64,000 bases of DNA from positions 5,606-69,605 of the forward strand of contig JAGLGN010000032.1 of the NCBI GenBank assembly GCA_023144005.1, written 5' to 3'. The stretch is from a bacterium (GTDB lineage Bacteria > AUK180). Positions 48,567-56,954 of the stretch are shown here, one piece after another. How positions within the stretch are numbered: the stretch's first letter is position 1; the number at the start of each line of letters is the position of its first letter. The translations under genes and the position numbers were made by a program. The notes beneath the pieces were generated by a model. It was given only the letters and a program-made list of their open reading frames with translations. It was not told the DNA's origin and did not search any database.

Positions 48567-49027
48567 TTTTTTCTGGAACTGAATATTTTTTCTGCCTCGG
48601 TGATCGCACCCTGAGCTTCATTGACTTTGATCACTTTGTCATCCACATCCCACGAGCTGATCGAGATCACAGGCTTATTGATCTTAAGAGCCATCGCGAT
48701 CTCCGATAATGTTCCCAAACCCCCGCCGACGGCAATAACGATATCGGCAGTTCTAACGATGATCGCATTCCTCGCCTGCTGCATTGAAGTTAAGATGGGA
48801 ACTTGGATATGCGGATTCGCATCTTTCTTATCGGATCCGGGTAATATCCCAATCGTAAGGCCGTCCTTGCTTCTGGCACCTTTCGCTACACTTTCCATGA
48901 CGCCGCCAAGGCCGCCGCACACGAGGATCCAGCCCTTCTCAGCGATCAAAGCACCTAAATCTTCGGCGATTTTCTCATATTCTTTTAGGGGAACGCTGTT
49001 TCCGACAACTCCGATTATCTTGCTCAT
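48563..49027 (-). CDS. TIGR00725/LOG-like Rossmann-fold protein
   Basis: 154 aa. GVVGNS...VCGGLGGVMESVAKGA...AVGGGLGTLSEIA pattern of the LOG/TIGR00725 family. Confidence 0.7.
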   Translation of the reverse strand: MSKIIGVVGNSVPLKEYEKIAEDLGALIAEKGWILVCGGLGGVMESVAKGARSKDGLTIGILPGSDKKDANPHIQVPILTSMQQARNAIIVRTADIVIAVGGGLGTLSEIAMALKINKPVISISSWDVDDKVIKVNEAQGAITEAEKIFSSRKK

Positions 49028-49043
49028 AGTTTTACTCCATAAA

Positions 49044-49119
49044 TGGTCGGGGTGACTGGATTCGAACCAGCGACCTCTCGGCCCCGAACCGAGCGCGCTA
49101 CCAACTGCGCTACACCCCG
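49044..49119 (-). tRNA. tRNA-Pro (anticodon CGG)
   Basis: Hand-folded 76-nt cloverleaf: acceptor CGGGGTG/CACCCCG, D-arm GCGC-AGTTGGTA-GCGC, anticodon stem CTCGG/CCGAG with loop TTCGGGG, T-arm GCTGG-TTCGAAT-CCAGT, discriminator A, encoded CCA. Confidence 0.8.
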
Positions 49120-49637
49120 ATCTCTTTCAAAAAAAATCCAGCATTTTTGATTATACCAATATCAATTAAATAAGTCAATAAACCCACTGCTATTGAGGCA
49201 ATGAAGACACCCAAAGCAATAAAGACAATTGACTTCTTCTTATCCAATTTCAAAAAGAAATATATAAGCGCTCCCGTCCAGGCGCCACTGCCCGGTAATG
49301 GGATGGATACAAATAACATCAGACCGACAAACTCTAATTTCTGGACCAGAGCCGATTTGGTTAAGGCCTTTTGCCTTAATTTCTCTAATATATTGTTCCC
49401 GCCGTTGATGCCTTCGATCCACTTTGAAACAGGATCCAAAAGTAAGACAACCGGAAGAATGACTGCCAAGTTTCCTGTCAACGACAGTAACACTGTTTTT
49501 ATAATACCGAATTTGAACAGGAAAACACCTAAAGGGATCCCTCCCCGCAGTTCAAAGATCGGAAGCATCGAAACGAGAATAACTATGGCTTCGCCTGACA
49601 ATCCGATCGAAGCGAGATAATCAACAATTGGCTGCAT
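49110..49637 (-). CDS. Small multidrug export-like membrane protein (COG2426/PF06695-like)
   Basis: 175 aa, 4 TM. FELRGGIPLG motif. The 3' end overlaps the tRNA-Pro 5' end by 10 nt. Confidence 0.55.
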   Translation of the reverse strand: MQPIVDYLASIGLSGEAIVILVSMLPIFELRGGIPLGVFLFKFGIIKTVLLSLTGNLAVILPVVLLLDPVSKWIEGINGGNNILEKLRQKALTKSALVQKLEFVGLMLFVSIPLPGSGAWTGALIYFFLKLDKKKSIVFIALGVFIASIAVGLLTYLIDIGIIKNAGFFLKEIGV

Positions 49638-49642
49638 AAAGT

Positions 49643-50080
49643 CTATTTCTTAAAAGGTACCAGGGGTTCTACTCCTCGTTCAAAAAACAGAAGCTTATAA
49701 AGGCGAACCCTCTTTTTACCCATCTCCCAGATCGCTACTCGGATATTAAGTTCTTCATCCATAAAATACATGATGATGTATCCAGTGTCTTTGACACTTT
49801 CCGCATTTATCAATGTACCCCATTCATATGGGATAGCGGGATTCTTGGATTCTATCTTATCCTTCTTCGCTTTTGCCTCAATTTTCTCTTTCAAGGCCGG
49901 CTTTCTTCCTTTCGGCAGGGGTTTGATCTGCTCCTGTTCGGTTTCAACCGGCTCTGGAACGGTTTCGGCAACAGAAGTTGTCTGTATCGTATCCTTTGGG
50001 GCTACAGGGGTTTCTTCAGCATACACTCCTATGGTTAGGAGCATTAAAAACATTATCGCAAATATCACTTTGCATTTCAT
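49643..50080 (-). CDS. Hypothetical secreted protein
   Basis: 145 aa. Signal peptide MKCKVIFAIMFLMLLTIGVYA. Pro/Glu-rich linker. Confidence 0.4.
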   Translation of the reverse strand: MKCKVIFAIMFLMLLTIGVYAEETPVAPKDTIQTTSVAETVPEPVETEQEQIKPLPKGRKPALKEKIEAKAKKDKIESKNPAIPYEWGTLINAESVKDTGYIIMYFMDEELNIRVAIWEMGKKRVRLYKLLFFERGVEPLVPFKK

Positions 50081-50985
50081 ATACTTCTCCTTGAGGCCAG
50101 GTGCACTCCCAGTAGAATGGAGTTGAATTTGGCCTCTGCGTCATCGGCCCGTGAAAGCAGAATTATTGGTATCCTCGCCCCCAATATCACTCCGCCGGCA
50201 CGTACTTTAGCAAAATATAATATCGCTTTGGCGGTCATATTACCCGCCTCCACATTAGGCGCAAGCAGAATATCCGCGCTACCTGCCAGGAAGGTATCCA
50301 CACCTTTATGCTCTGCGGACCTCTTTGAAATTGCAATATCTATACCAAAAGGACCGTCAACGCGAATATCCTTTCGCGCCTTAAAATGCCTCTTCAATGA
50401 CTCGGCATCAAGTGTTGATGGTATTTTTTTTGAAACTTTTTCAGAGGCGGAGAGCAGGGCGACCTTGACCCGTCTGGACCCGAAAGAATGCATCAATTCC
50501 GATCCATTCTCAATAATGGCGATTTTCTGTTCCACATCTGGAAAAGGGACAACGCCGCCATCTGTTATAATCGTGAATTTCTTGGCTAAGGGGTTCTCAA
50601 ACACAAAACAATGCGTTATCAGACTGCTCTTTCTGAGCCCGGTATCTTTGGAAAGAACTCCCTTCATGAACAGAGGAGTAGGTATCAGGCCCTTCATCAA
50701 AAGAGAATCGGATTTTTCCTTTACCTGATCTGTGCTTTTTGCGATCGTATCTTCATCGGAATCACTATTAATTATCCGAAACATCAGAGGAGGTATATCC
50801 TCTTTTTTCAGCAATGAAATGATCTTGCGCTTATTCCCGACAAGAACTCCTTTGCAGATACCCCTCTTTACAGCTTTAAACAATCCCTTTAATGGCTCTT
50901 CATCATGAGCGGCAACCAAAATAACATCCAAAATATTCTTACTTCCTCTGACCGTGCGCTCAAGTTCCTTGAAATTCCTGATCAT
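50077..50985 (-). CDS. Phosphate acyltransferase (phosphate butyryltransferase/acetyltransferase family)
   Basis: 302 aa. Pta/Ptb-family fold with a conserved C-terminal SRADDAEAKFNSILLG region. Confidence 0.75.
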   Translation of the reverse strand: MIRNFKELERTVRGSKNILDVILVAAHDEEPLKGLFKAVKRGICKGVLVGNKRKIISLLKKEDIPPLMFRIINSDSDEDTIAKSTDQVKEKSDSLLMKGLIPTPLFMKGVLSKDTGLRKSSLITHCFVFENPLAKKFTIITDGGVVPFPDVEQKIAIIENGSELMHSFGSRRVKVALLSASEKVSKKIPSTLDAESLKRHFKARKDIRVDGPFGIDIAISKRSAEHKGVDTFLAGSADILLAPNVEAGNMTAKAILYFAKVRAGGVILGARIPIILLSRADDAEAKFNSILLGVHLASRRSI

Positions 50986-51342
50986 CTACTTCTCCTGAAT
51001 TCTGCTTATCCGATTCTTTTCATCCAAAAAGATCTTTGTCGGAAAATGGCCCTTCATTTCATTTTTATCTAATTGACAGAATGAAAATATGATCACGCTA
51101 TCTCTCTTTTTACCCAATAAAGCTGTGCCTCCATTGAGGATGATCACGCCTTTATCTCCGGGAATGGCATATGTTTCAAAGCGGTTCCCATTACTCACAT
51201 TGACAACCAGGACCTTTTCATATTCGTCAATACCTGCCTTTTCCATCAGGTCTTTATCAATAGTAATACTACCATCATATCCTACCTGTGAATCAGTTAC
51301 AACTCCCATATGAAGTTTGGAATACAGATATGTCTTTTTCAT
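50986..51342 (-). CDS. panD: Aspartate 1-decarboxylase
   Basis: 118 aa. LHMGVVTDSQVGYDGSITIDKDLMEKAGI with the Gly-Ser self-processing site context. Confidence 0.85.
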   Translation of the reverse strand: MKKTYLYSKLHMGVVTDSQVGYDGSITIDKDLMEKAGIDEYEKVLVVNVSNGNRFETYAIPGDKGVIILNGGTALLGKKRDSVIIFSFCQLDKNEMKGHFPTKIFLDEKNRISRIQEK

Positions 51343-52778
51343 TTAGCCACCTTTGCTAATTTATAATTATAGGTCTCTCTCCTTACCGGAGAAAATATCG
51401 AAATGATATAGATCCCATCCGGATATTTACTGAGGTCAACATCCCATTTGTTCGTTTCAAAATCAGATCGGTTGATGAAACGGCTGCCCGCTATCGTGAA
51501 TATCCGCACCGTATCGTTCGAATAAAGCCCCGAGATCGAGAAGATGCCCGTGCAGGGATTTGGAGATATTTCAAAACCCTCCGAAGAATTCTTATAAAAT
51601 AGTATCTCGTCCCATAAGAGATCAGAAGAGGTCAATGATTCCAAATACGCGGGATCATTTATATAATTGATCGTTATGCCGGTTGACGGGACCTCTTTAT
51701 AAGAAGAGGTCAGGTGCTCTCCTAAAGATGTTGATACAAATATCTCATATTGTAAAAGAGCATCAGAAGCAGAGGTATTAACCATCAGCGAAAAAGAAGC
51801 GGTATCCTCTGAGATAGCTCCAAGAACATTTCCCATATCTGAATTTCCTCGATTGTTCCATAGTTCGTATTCATGCAAAACATCCATAAGCCGGTCCTTA
51901 TTCAGGCGATCGGTATCGTTGAGGGGTAACTCCATGTCTGACAGGAGCGCTGAGCAAAAAAGATTAAATGAGCTAACGATAGCTGGATAGGCGGACATAC
52001 GAAGCAGTGACATTGAGTTCCACTCAACAGAAGCGGCATTGTCCTCATAATGCCGATAGAATTCCCGGCAGAAGGATAATCCCAATTCCTCGGGGGATAT
52101 CACTCCATCTTCATCAAATACTGCATTTATTACGGGAGAATAATTCCATCCATAGGATGAGAGATAATCCTCATTCGCGGCAATAAAACCGGCATATCCG
52201 TTTACTTCAGATGCAAGGGTCATGGTAGAACTGATACAGGCGTCGATACCCAGAAGCGATAAGATAATGCCCGAGTCAGATAATGCCTGCCTCATTTCCC
52301 CGCCGGCGATAGATAGAGAATCCGAGTTCGTTTCATCAATACTGAGATCCGATCCCGAAAAACGGTACCAGGAATTTCCATGATCCCAGAGGATCAAGGC
52401 GTAATTGTCTGCGGGAAATGATGATACTGACCATTTGATGAAATCGCTTAATACCGCAGGCGAACCCATGTTTACTTCTCCGAGAGAAAGAATCGCGTTT
52501 TCAGGAGAAGGGGTCATATCGGTGGTCATGTAAAACCTTCTGGCATCCGACCAATCGCCGTATGCGTTGTCATATCCGGGGTGTCTGTCAAATTGACAAA
52601 CGATATTCACATTGGGTGAAGTTCCGATCGCGGAGGAAATCTCCATAAAATCCGTTATAGCGTATTCCTCAAGATTATTATCCCCGTTCAAATAGATCAT
52701 GACCGTCCAATTATCGGAAAAAGCATTCATGGCAAAAGCCATTAAAAGTACAAGCAGAAAAAGACCGGCTCGGATCAC
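51339..52778 (-). CDS. Secreted clostripain-like (C11) cysteine peptidase with T9SS-like C-terminal domain
   Basis: 479 aa. Signal peptide. WTVMIYLNGDNNLE and ALILWDHGNSW C11 motifs. C-terminal beta-rich domain ending IYIISIFSPVRRETYNYKLAKVAK. Confidence 0.65.
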   Translation of the reverse strand: MIRAGLFLLVLLMAFAMNAFSDNWTVMIYLNGDNNLEEYAITDFMEISSAIGTSPNVNIVCQFDRHPGYDNAYGDWSDARRFYMTTDMTPSPENAILSLGEVNMGSPAVLSDFIKWSVSSFPADNYALILWDHGNSWYRFSGSDLSIDETNSDSLSIAGGEMRQALSDSGIILSLLGIDACISSTMTLASEVNGYAGFIAANEDYLSSYGWNYSPVINAVFDEDGVISPEELGLSFCREFYRHYEDNAASVEWNSMSLLRMSAYPAIVSSFNLFCSALLSDMELPLNDTDRLNKDRLMDVLHEYELWNNRGNSDMGNVLGAISEDTASFSLMVNTSASDALLQYEIFVSTSLGEHLTSSYKEVPSTGITINYINDPAYLESLTSSDLLWDEILFYKNSSEGFEISPNPCTGIFSISGLYSNDTVRIFTIAGSRFINRSDFETNKWDVDLSKYPDGIYIISIFSPVRRETYNYKLAKVAK

Positions 52779-54682
52779 TTTTGGACCTTAACCACCGTAG
52801 GTTCATACCCGAATTCCATCATCATATCAGAAAATGGTGCTGCTTCGCTGGCCGAAGAATACGGGCCGGAATAGAGGATATAATTACTGCCGCTTTTTGA
52901 AATATAGAGTTTCTCAACGCCATAACTCTCCATCTCATCTTTCATATCATCAACAGTTGCCCTTGTCCCGGAAACGATCTTTATCTTGTATTCATAAACC
53001 ACTTTCTTGGCGGCAGCAGCACGACGGGCCTCATCTTCCTTGCGTTTTTTCTCCGCTGCGGCAGCGCGCCTTCTGTCATCGGCCGCTTTTTTATCTCTTG
53101 CCGCCTTGGCATCAGCGGCTTTCCTTCTGTCCAATTCCGCCTGAGCGTCAGTAGCTTTCTGTCTGTCCAGTTCCGCCTGAGCATCTAATTCTGCCTGTCT
53201 GTCCAGCTCCGCCTGAGCATCTAATTCTTTTTGCGTGTCCAGCTCCGTCTTAGCATCTAATTCTGTCTGTTCATCAAGCTCCGCCTGAGCATCTAATTCT
53301 GTCTGCCTTTCGAGTTCAGCCTGCCTTTCAGCTTCCGCTTTCTTTAGGGCTTTCTTATCTACTTTCGGCTTAGCTTCTTTCTTGATCTTCGGTGTTGAGG
53401 GGCCCGCAGGAAATCCGCCCTTCATAATAAGATATACGTTCGTGGCAAGCAGGATCACAATAAGGCCCATGAAGATATTTCTGAAGAGAATGCTTTGAAA
53501 ATAGAACTTTCTGGCCCCTTCCTTGATATCCTCGAAATCCTCTCCGGCATAAGTATCATTGTATATTCTTGAATGCAGGTATTTCTTTACCTTCTTGTCT
53601 CTCAGTCCCTTTTCCAGTTTTTTCCTTTCCTCGTCCAGGATCTCACTAAAACCAGAGTATTCCTTTCTCACTTTTTCGAGTTGGCCCATATCCTTATCAA
53701 GATCTTTTTTTAGATTGACGATCTCGCCTTTTTCCTTGGCAATATCAATCTTGATCGTTTTTACTTCTTCCAGCATTTCCTGGTACTTGGAATAGAAGTT
53801 CTTCATCCCGTCGAGAAATTTATCGTATGTACCTTCAAGTGGTTTCAACTTCTTATTGTATCCGTCGATAACGCCCAAACGCTTCTGAATCTCTGATTTT
53901 ACCGCATTGAAGTTCTGAACGATCTTCGTAATGCCGTTTTTCAATTCCTCTAATTTATCTTTCAATAATCGGTTCTGCTTCCCCAACTTCTCTATTTCAG
54001 GAGAGATCACATCCTTTTCCAAATACGAAGGCTCTACGCCGGTATTTTGCTGTACCTGGGATGGCTGATAAGTCTGCTGTTGTGCCGGAGCCGGAGTCTG
54101 CTGCATCATTTGAGCTGTTTTATCCACAGTGGTCGGCTCTTCCGAATCAAAACCCAATATGGCATCGATATCATCATCATTGAATCCGGCATTGGCAGCG
54201 GGCGGTGGTTCCTCTATATGCGATATTACTTCTGTCTTCATCGATTCTGCCGCAGAATTTGACGGATAATATTTCTTCAGGGCTTCGCTCAATGAGTGTT
54301 CTGATGTCACCAGAGGGTCAACCTTCAATCCTGTCATTGACTCTATCTTCGCCTTCAGGCTTTCATCAAGAGGGTCGATCATAACTATTGACAGGTTCGA
54401 TGCAAATTTATCCACTGGAAGTACTTTATTGGCAAGGCAGAAATCTTGCGGCATTATTTGAAGGACATTATCCGGGACATGGAAATTATTCAGATCAATG
54501 GTAGAAACTCCGAATTTATCGGTAAGGAATTTAAGAAGGATATCTTCTGTGATATATCCTAACTCCACCAGTATAGAGCCAACCTTCTTGCCGGATTGTT
54601 TCTGCACCTTCAATGCCTGCAAAAGCTCTTCCTTTTTTATGATGTTATTAATAACCAGCAGTTCGCCTAATTTCAATGCCAT
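52775..54682 (-). CDS. MshEN (c-di-GMP-binding) - TM - ELDxQx repeat - SPOR domain protein
   Basis: 635 aa. N-terminus has two tandem MshEN motifs (KLGELLVINNIIKKEELLQALKVQ, KVGSILVELGYITEDILLKFLTDKF). Then one TM helix, about 8 ELDxQx tandem repeats and a K/R/A-rich segment. C-terminal SPOR-like domain (YKIKIVSGTRATVDDM...YILYSGPYSSASEA). Confidence 0.6.
   Translation of the reverse strand: MALKLGELLVINNIIKKEELLQALKVQKQSGKKVGSILVELGYITEDILLKFLTDKFGVSTIDLNNFHVPDNVLQIMPQDFCLANKVLPVDKFASNLSIVMIDPLDESLKAKIESMTGLKVDPLVTSEHSLSEALKKYYPSNSAAESMKTEVISHIEEPPPAANAGFNDDDIDAILGFDSEEPTTVDKTAQMMQQTPAPAQQQTYQPSQVQQNTGVEPSYLEKDVISPEIEKLGKQNRLLKDKLEELKNGITKIVQNFNAVKSEIQKRLGVIDGYNKKLKPLEGTYDKFLDGMKNFYSKYQEMLEEVKTIKIDIAKEKGEIVNLKKDLDKDMGQLEKVRKEYSGFSEILDEERKKLEKGLRDKKVKKYLHSRIYNDTYAGEDFEDIKEGARKFYFQSILFRNIFMGLIVILLATNVYLIMKGGFPAGPSTPKIKKEAKPKVDKKALKKAEAERQAELERQTELDAQAELDEQTELDAKTELDTQKELDAQAELDRQAELDAQAELDRQKATDAQAELDRRKAADAKAARDKKAADDRRRAAAAEKKRKEDEARRAAAAKKVVYEYKIKIVSGTRATVDDMKDEMESYGVEKLYISKSGSNYILYSGPYSSASEAAPFSDMMMEFGYEPTVVKVQK
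53120..53340. repeat. Tandem 18/36-nt coding repeats (ELDxQx units) inside the MshEN-SPOR gene
   Basis: Repeated ...ctccgcctgagcatctaattctg... units are visible directly in the sequence. Confidence 0.7.
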
Positions 54683-54691
54683 AATTTACCT

Positions 54692-55621
54692 CTAATTAAA
54701 ATCCAGATTTCTCTTATCAAAAATGTCCTTAACATATAGTACAAATTCTTCGCGGCCTAATTTGACCTTCTCGATAATATCTCCGTAGTAACTGCTCAAA
54801 TGATGATGTTTCAAAGATCTTTTGAGCTCCTCCTCCGCAAGTTTATGGGAGGGGTCCACGATATGGAGAAGGGCAATATAATAAAGGGAATATGATATCG
54901 ATTCAAATATTCCATAGACATGAGAGACTTTTCTAAGGGTACTCTTGTACAATTTATCATGTTCCTGTTTCAGACTCAAAGAGCTTTCATAATACTTCAG
55001 CGCATTATCAAGATCGTTTTTCTCAAAGAAAATATCCCCCAACTTGATAACGATGGTCCGGGAGATATTCTCTTCAGCGAATTTTTCATAAAATCGTATT
55101 TCTTCGTCAGAAAATGATGCGAATTCCTCCTTCTTCAGATTCTTGATCCGGGAATTCACATAATTGTTGTACTGCTCTTCAGAAAGCGTTTCCTTCAGGC
55201 ATTCATGCGAGTTGAGAACATTTAGAAATGCGTAAAAATTATTGAAGTCGGAACGGTAAAAATAATCGAGATACTTCTCCAATATATTAGGGTCGTCCAT
55301 TGGAACAACCTTCAGTACACTGTCCAGAAGAGCAAATATCTCTTCAGTGCCGGGGCGGGAGATATACTTAAGGAAGTATGTGTAGAATGATTTATTGTCA
55401 ACTCCCTGTGGAAGGGAATTATTGTCTTTGATGTAATTCAGGACAATATTGAATATCCCCGTATCCTCCATATAATATGATTGGGAAACTATGAATTTAC
55501 TTGTGTCATATTTGTTCTTTCTGCTCAATACCACGATAGTGATTATGATAAAGAGAGTAAGGACGATGACAATTATCAGAGTTTCTATATTAATTCTTCC
55601 CTGAGAGAAATTCCTCAACAA
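54692..55621 (-). CDS. Hypothetical membrane-anchored helical-repeat protein
   Basis: 309 aa. One N-terminal TM. Tyr/Phe-rich helical (TPR-like) body. No family recognised. Confidence 0.4.
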   Translation of the reverse strand: MLRNFSQGRINIETLIIVIVLTLFIIITIVVLSRKNKYDTSKFIVSQSYYMEDTGIFNIVLNYIKDNNSLPQGVDNKSFYTYFLKYISRPGTEEIFALLDSVLKVVPMDDPNILEKYLDYFYRSDFNNFYAFLNVLNSHECLKETLSEEQYNNYVNSRIKNLKKEEFASFSDEEIRFYEKFAEENISRTIVIKLGDIFFEKNDLDNALKYYESSLSLKQEHDKLYKSTLRKVSHVYGIFESISYSLYYIALLHIVDPSHKLAEEELKRSLKHHHLSSYYGDIIEKVKLGREEFVLYVKDIFDKRNLDFN

Positions 55622-56954
55622 AATGGGTGTTATAATTACCCTGCAAAAAGGCGGGAGTGTTGACCAATTCCTTCAAAAAGGAAATATTCGTATTTATCCC
55701 GTCAATATAAAATTCATCCAGAGCGCGGTTTAATCTGTTGATGGCTAAATATCTGGTCTCTCCGTATACGATCAATTTGGCTATCATTGAATCATAATGC
55801 GGCGGTATCTCATATCCAGCATGCACAAATGTATCGATTCTTATTCCAAATCCTCCAGGGAGATTGAGCTTTTTGATCTTTCCTGGACTAGGCATAAAGC
55901 CCTGGGAAGGATTCTCGGCATTGATCCTCACTTCGATCGCGTGGCCGCGGAGATTGATATCCTTCTGCTTAATTTTCAGTTTTTCTCCGTCAGCGATACG
56001 GATCTGCTTAGCGATCAGGTCCATCTCGCTCCTCATTTCTGAAACAGTATGTTCAACCTGAATGCGTGTATTCATCTCCATAAAATAGAAATTCAAGTCC
56101 TTGTCAACGATAAACTCCATGGTACCGGCACTGTTGTATTTCACTTCTCTGGCACCCTTGATGGCCATCTCCAGAATCGCTTTTCTCTTCTCGTCATCAA
56201 GGATAGGAGAAGGAGATTCTTCCACGATCTTCTGGTGGCGGCGCTGCATAGAACAGTCCCTTTCGCCAATATGAACGATATTACCGTAATTATCTCCAAG
56301 AAGCTGGACCTCAATATGATGAGGGTTCTCTATATATTTCTCAACATATACGGATGCGTCATTAAAGGCATTTTGCGATTCACTCTTTGCCATCTCGAAA
56401 TTGTTTTTCAGTTCCCCGTCATTGCGCACAATGCGCATGCCTTTCCCGCCGCCGCCTGAAGAGGCCTTTATTATTATGGGATATCTTATCTTCTTAACGA
56501 TCTTCTTCAAGTCCTCAAAAGAGTCAATATTTCCCTTAGAGCCGGGGACCACAGGGACACCGGCACTGGTCATTGTCTTTCTTGCTTCCGACTTATTTCC
56601 CATCAAACCGATTATGGAAGAGGAGGGGCCGATAAAGATGATATTACTCTCTTCACAGATCTTGGCAAATTCCGCATTTTCGGCAAGAAATCCATAGCCC
56701 GGATGGATCGCATTGGCACCGCTTATCTCCGCGGCGGTAATAATGGAAGGGATCTTCAAGTAACTGCTCTTTGAAGCAGGAGGGCCTATGCATATCGCTT
56801 CATTGGAAAATGCGACATGCGGAGAATTCTTATCTGCCGTAGAGAATACGGCAACTGTCGGGATCTTAAGGTCTTTACAGCTCCTTATCACCCTTAAAGC
56901 GATCTCGCCTCTATTGGCTATCAGAACCTTTTTGATCTTTGCCATTCTACTCAA
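55590..56954 (-). CDS. accC: Acetyl-CoA carboxylase biotin carboxylase subunit
   Basis: 454 aa. KVLIANRGEIALRVIR N-terminus and ATP-grasp motifs. Confidence 0.9.
   Translation of the reverse strand: MSRMAKIKKVLIANRGEIALRVIRSCKDLKIPTVAVFSTADKNSPHVAFSNEAICIGPPASKSSYLKIPSIITAAEISGANAIHPGYGFLAENAEFAKICEESNIIFIGPSSSIIGLMGNKSEARKTMTSAGVPVVPGSKGNIDSFEDLKKIVKKIRYPIIIKASSGGGGKGMRIVRNDGELKNNFEMAKSESQNAFNDASVYVEKYIENPHHIEVQLLGDNYGNIVHIGERDCSMQRRHQKIVEESPSPILDDEKRKAILEMAIKGAREVKYNSAGTMEFIVDKDLNFYFMEMNTRIQVEHTVSEMRSEMDLIAKQIRIADGEKLKIKQKDINLRGHAIEVRINAENPSQGFMPSPGKIKKLNLPGGFGIRIDTFVHAGYEIPPHYDSMIAKLIVYGETRYLAINRLNRALDEFYIDGINTNISFLKELVNTPAFLQGNYNTHFVEEFLSGKN

Noticed and set aside
53120-53340. Tandem repeats considered as a possible CRISPR array; the same was checked for the GAA/GAT simple repeats at 61300-62700
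   Set aside because: The repeats are in frame within coding sequence (ELDxQx units and a poly-Asp/Glu tract). They have no unique spacers of regular length and no cas genes nearby.
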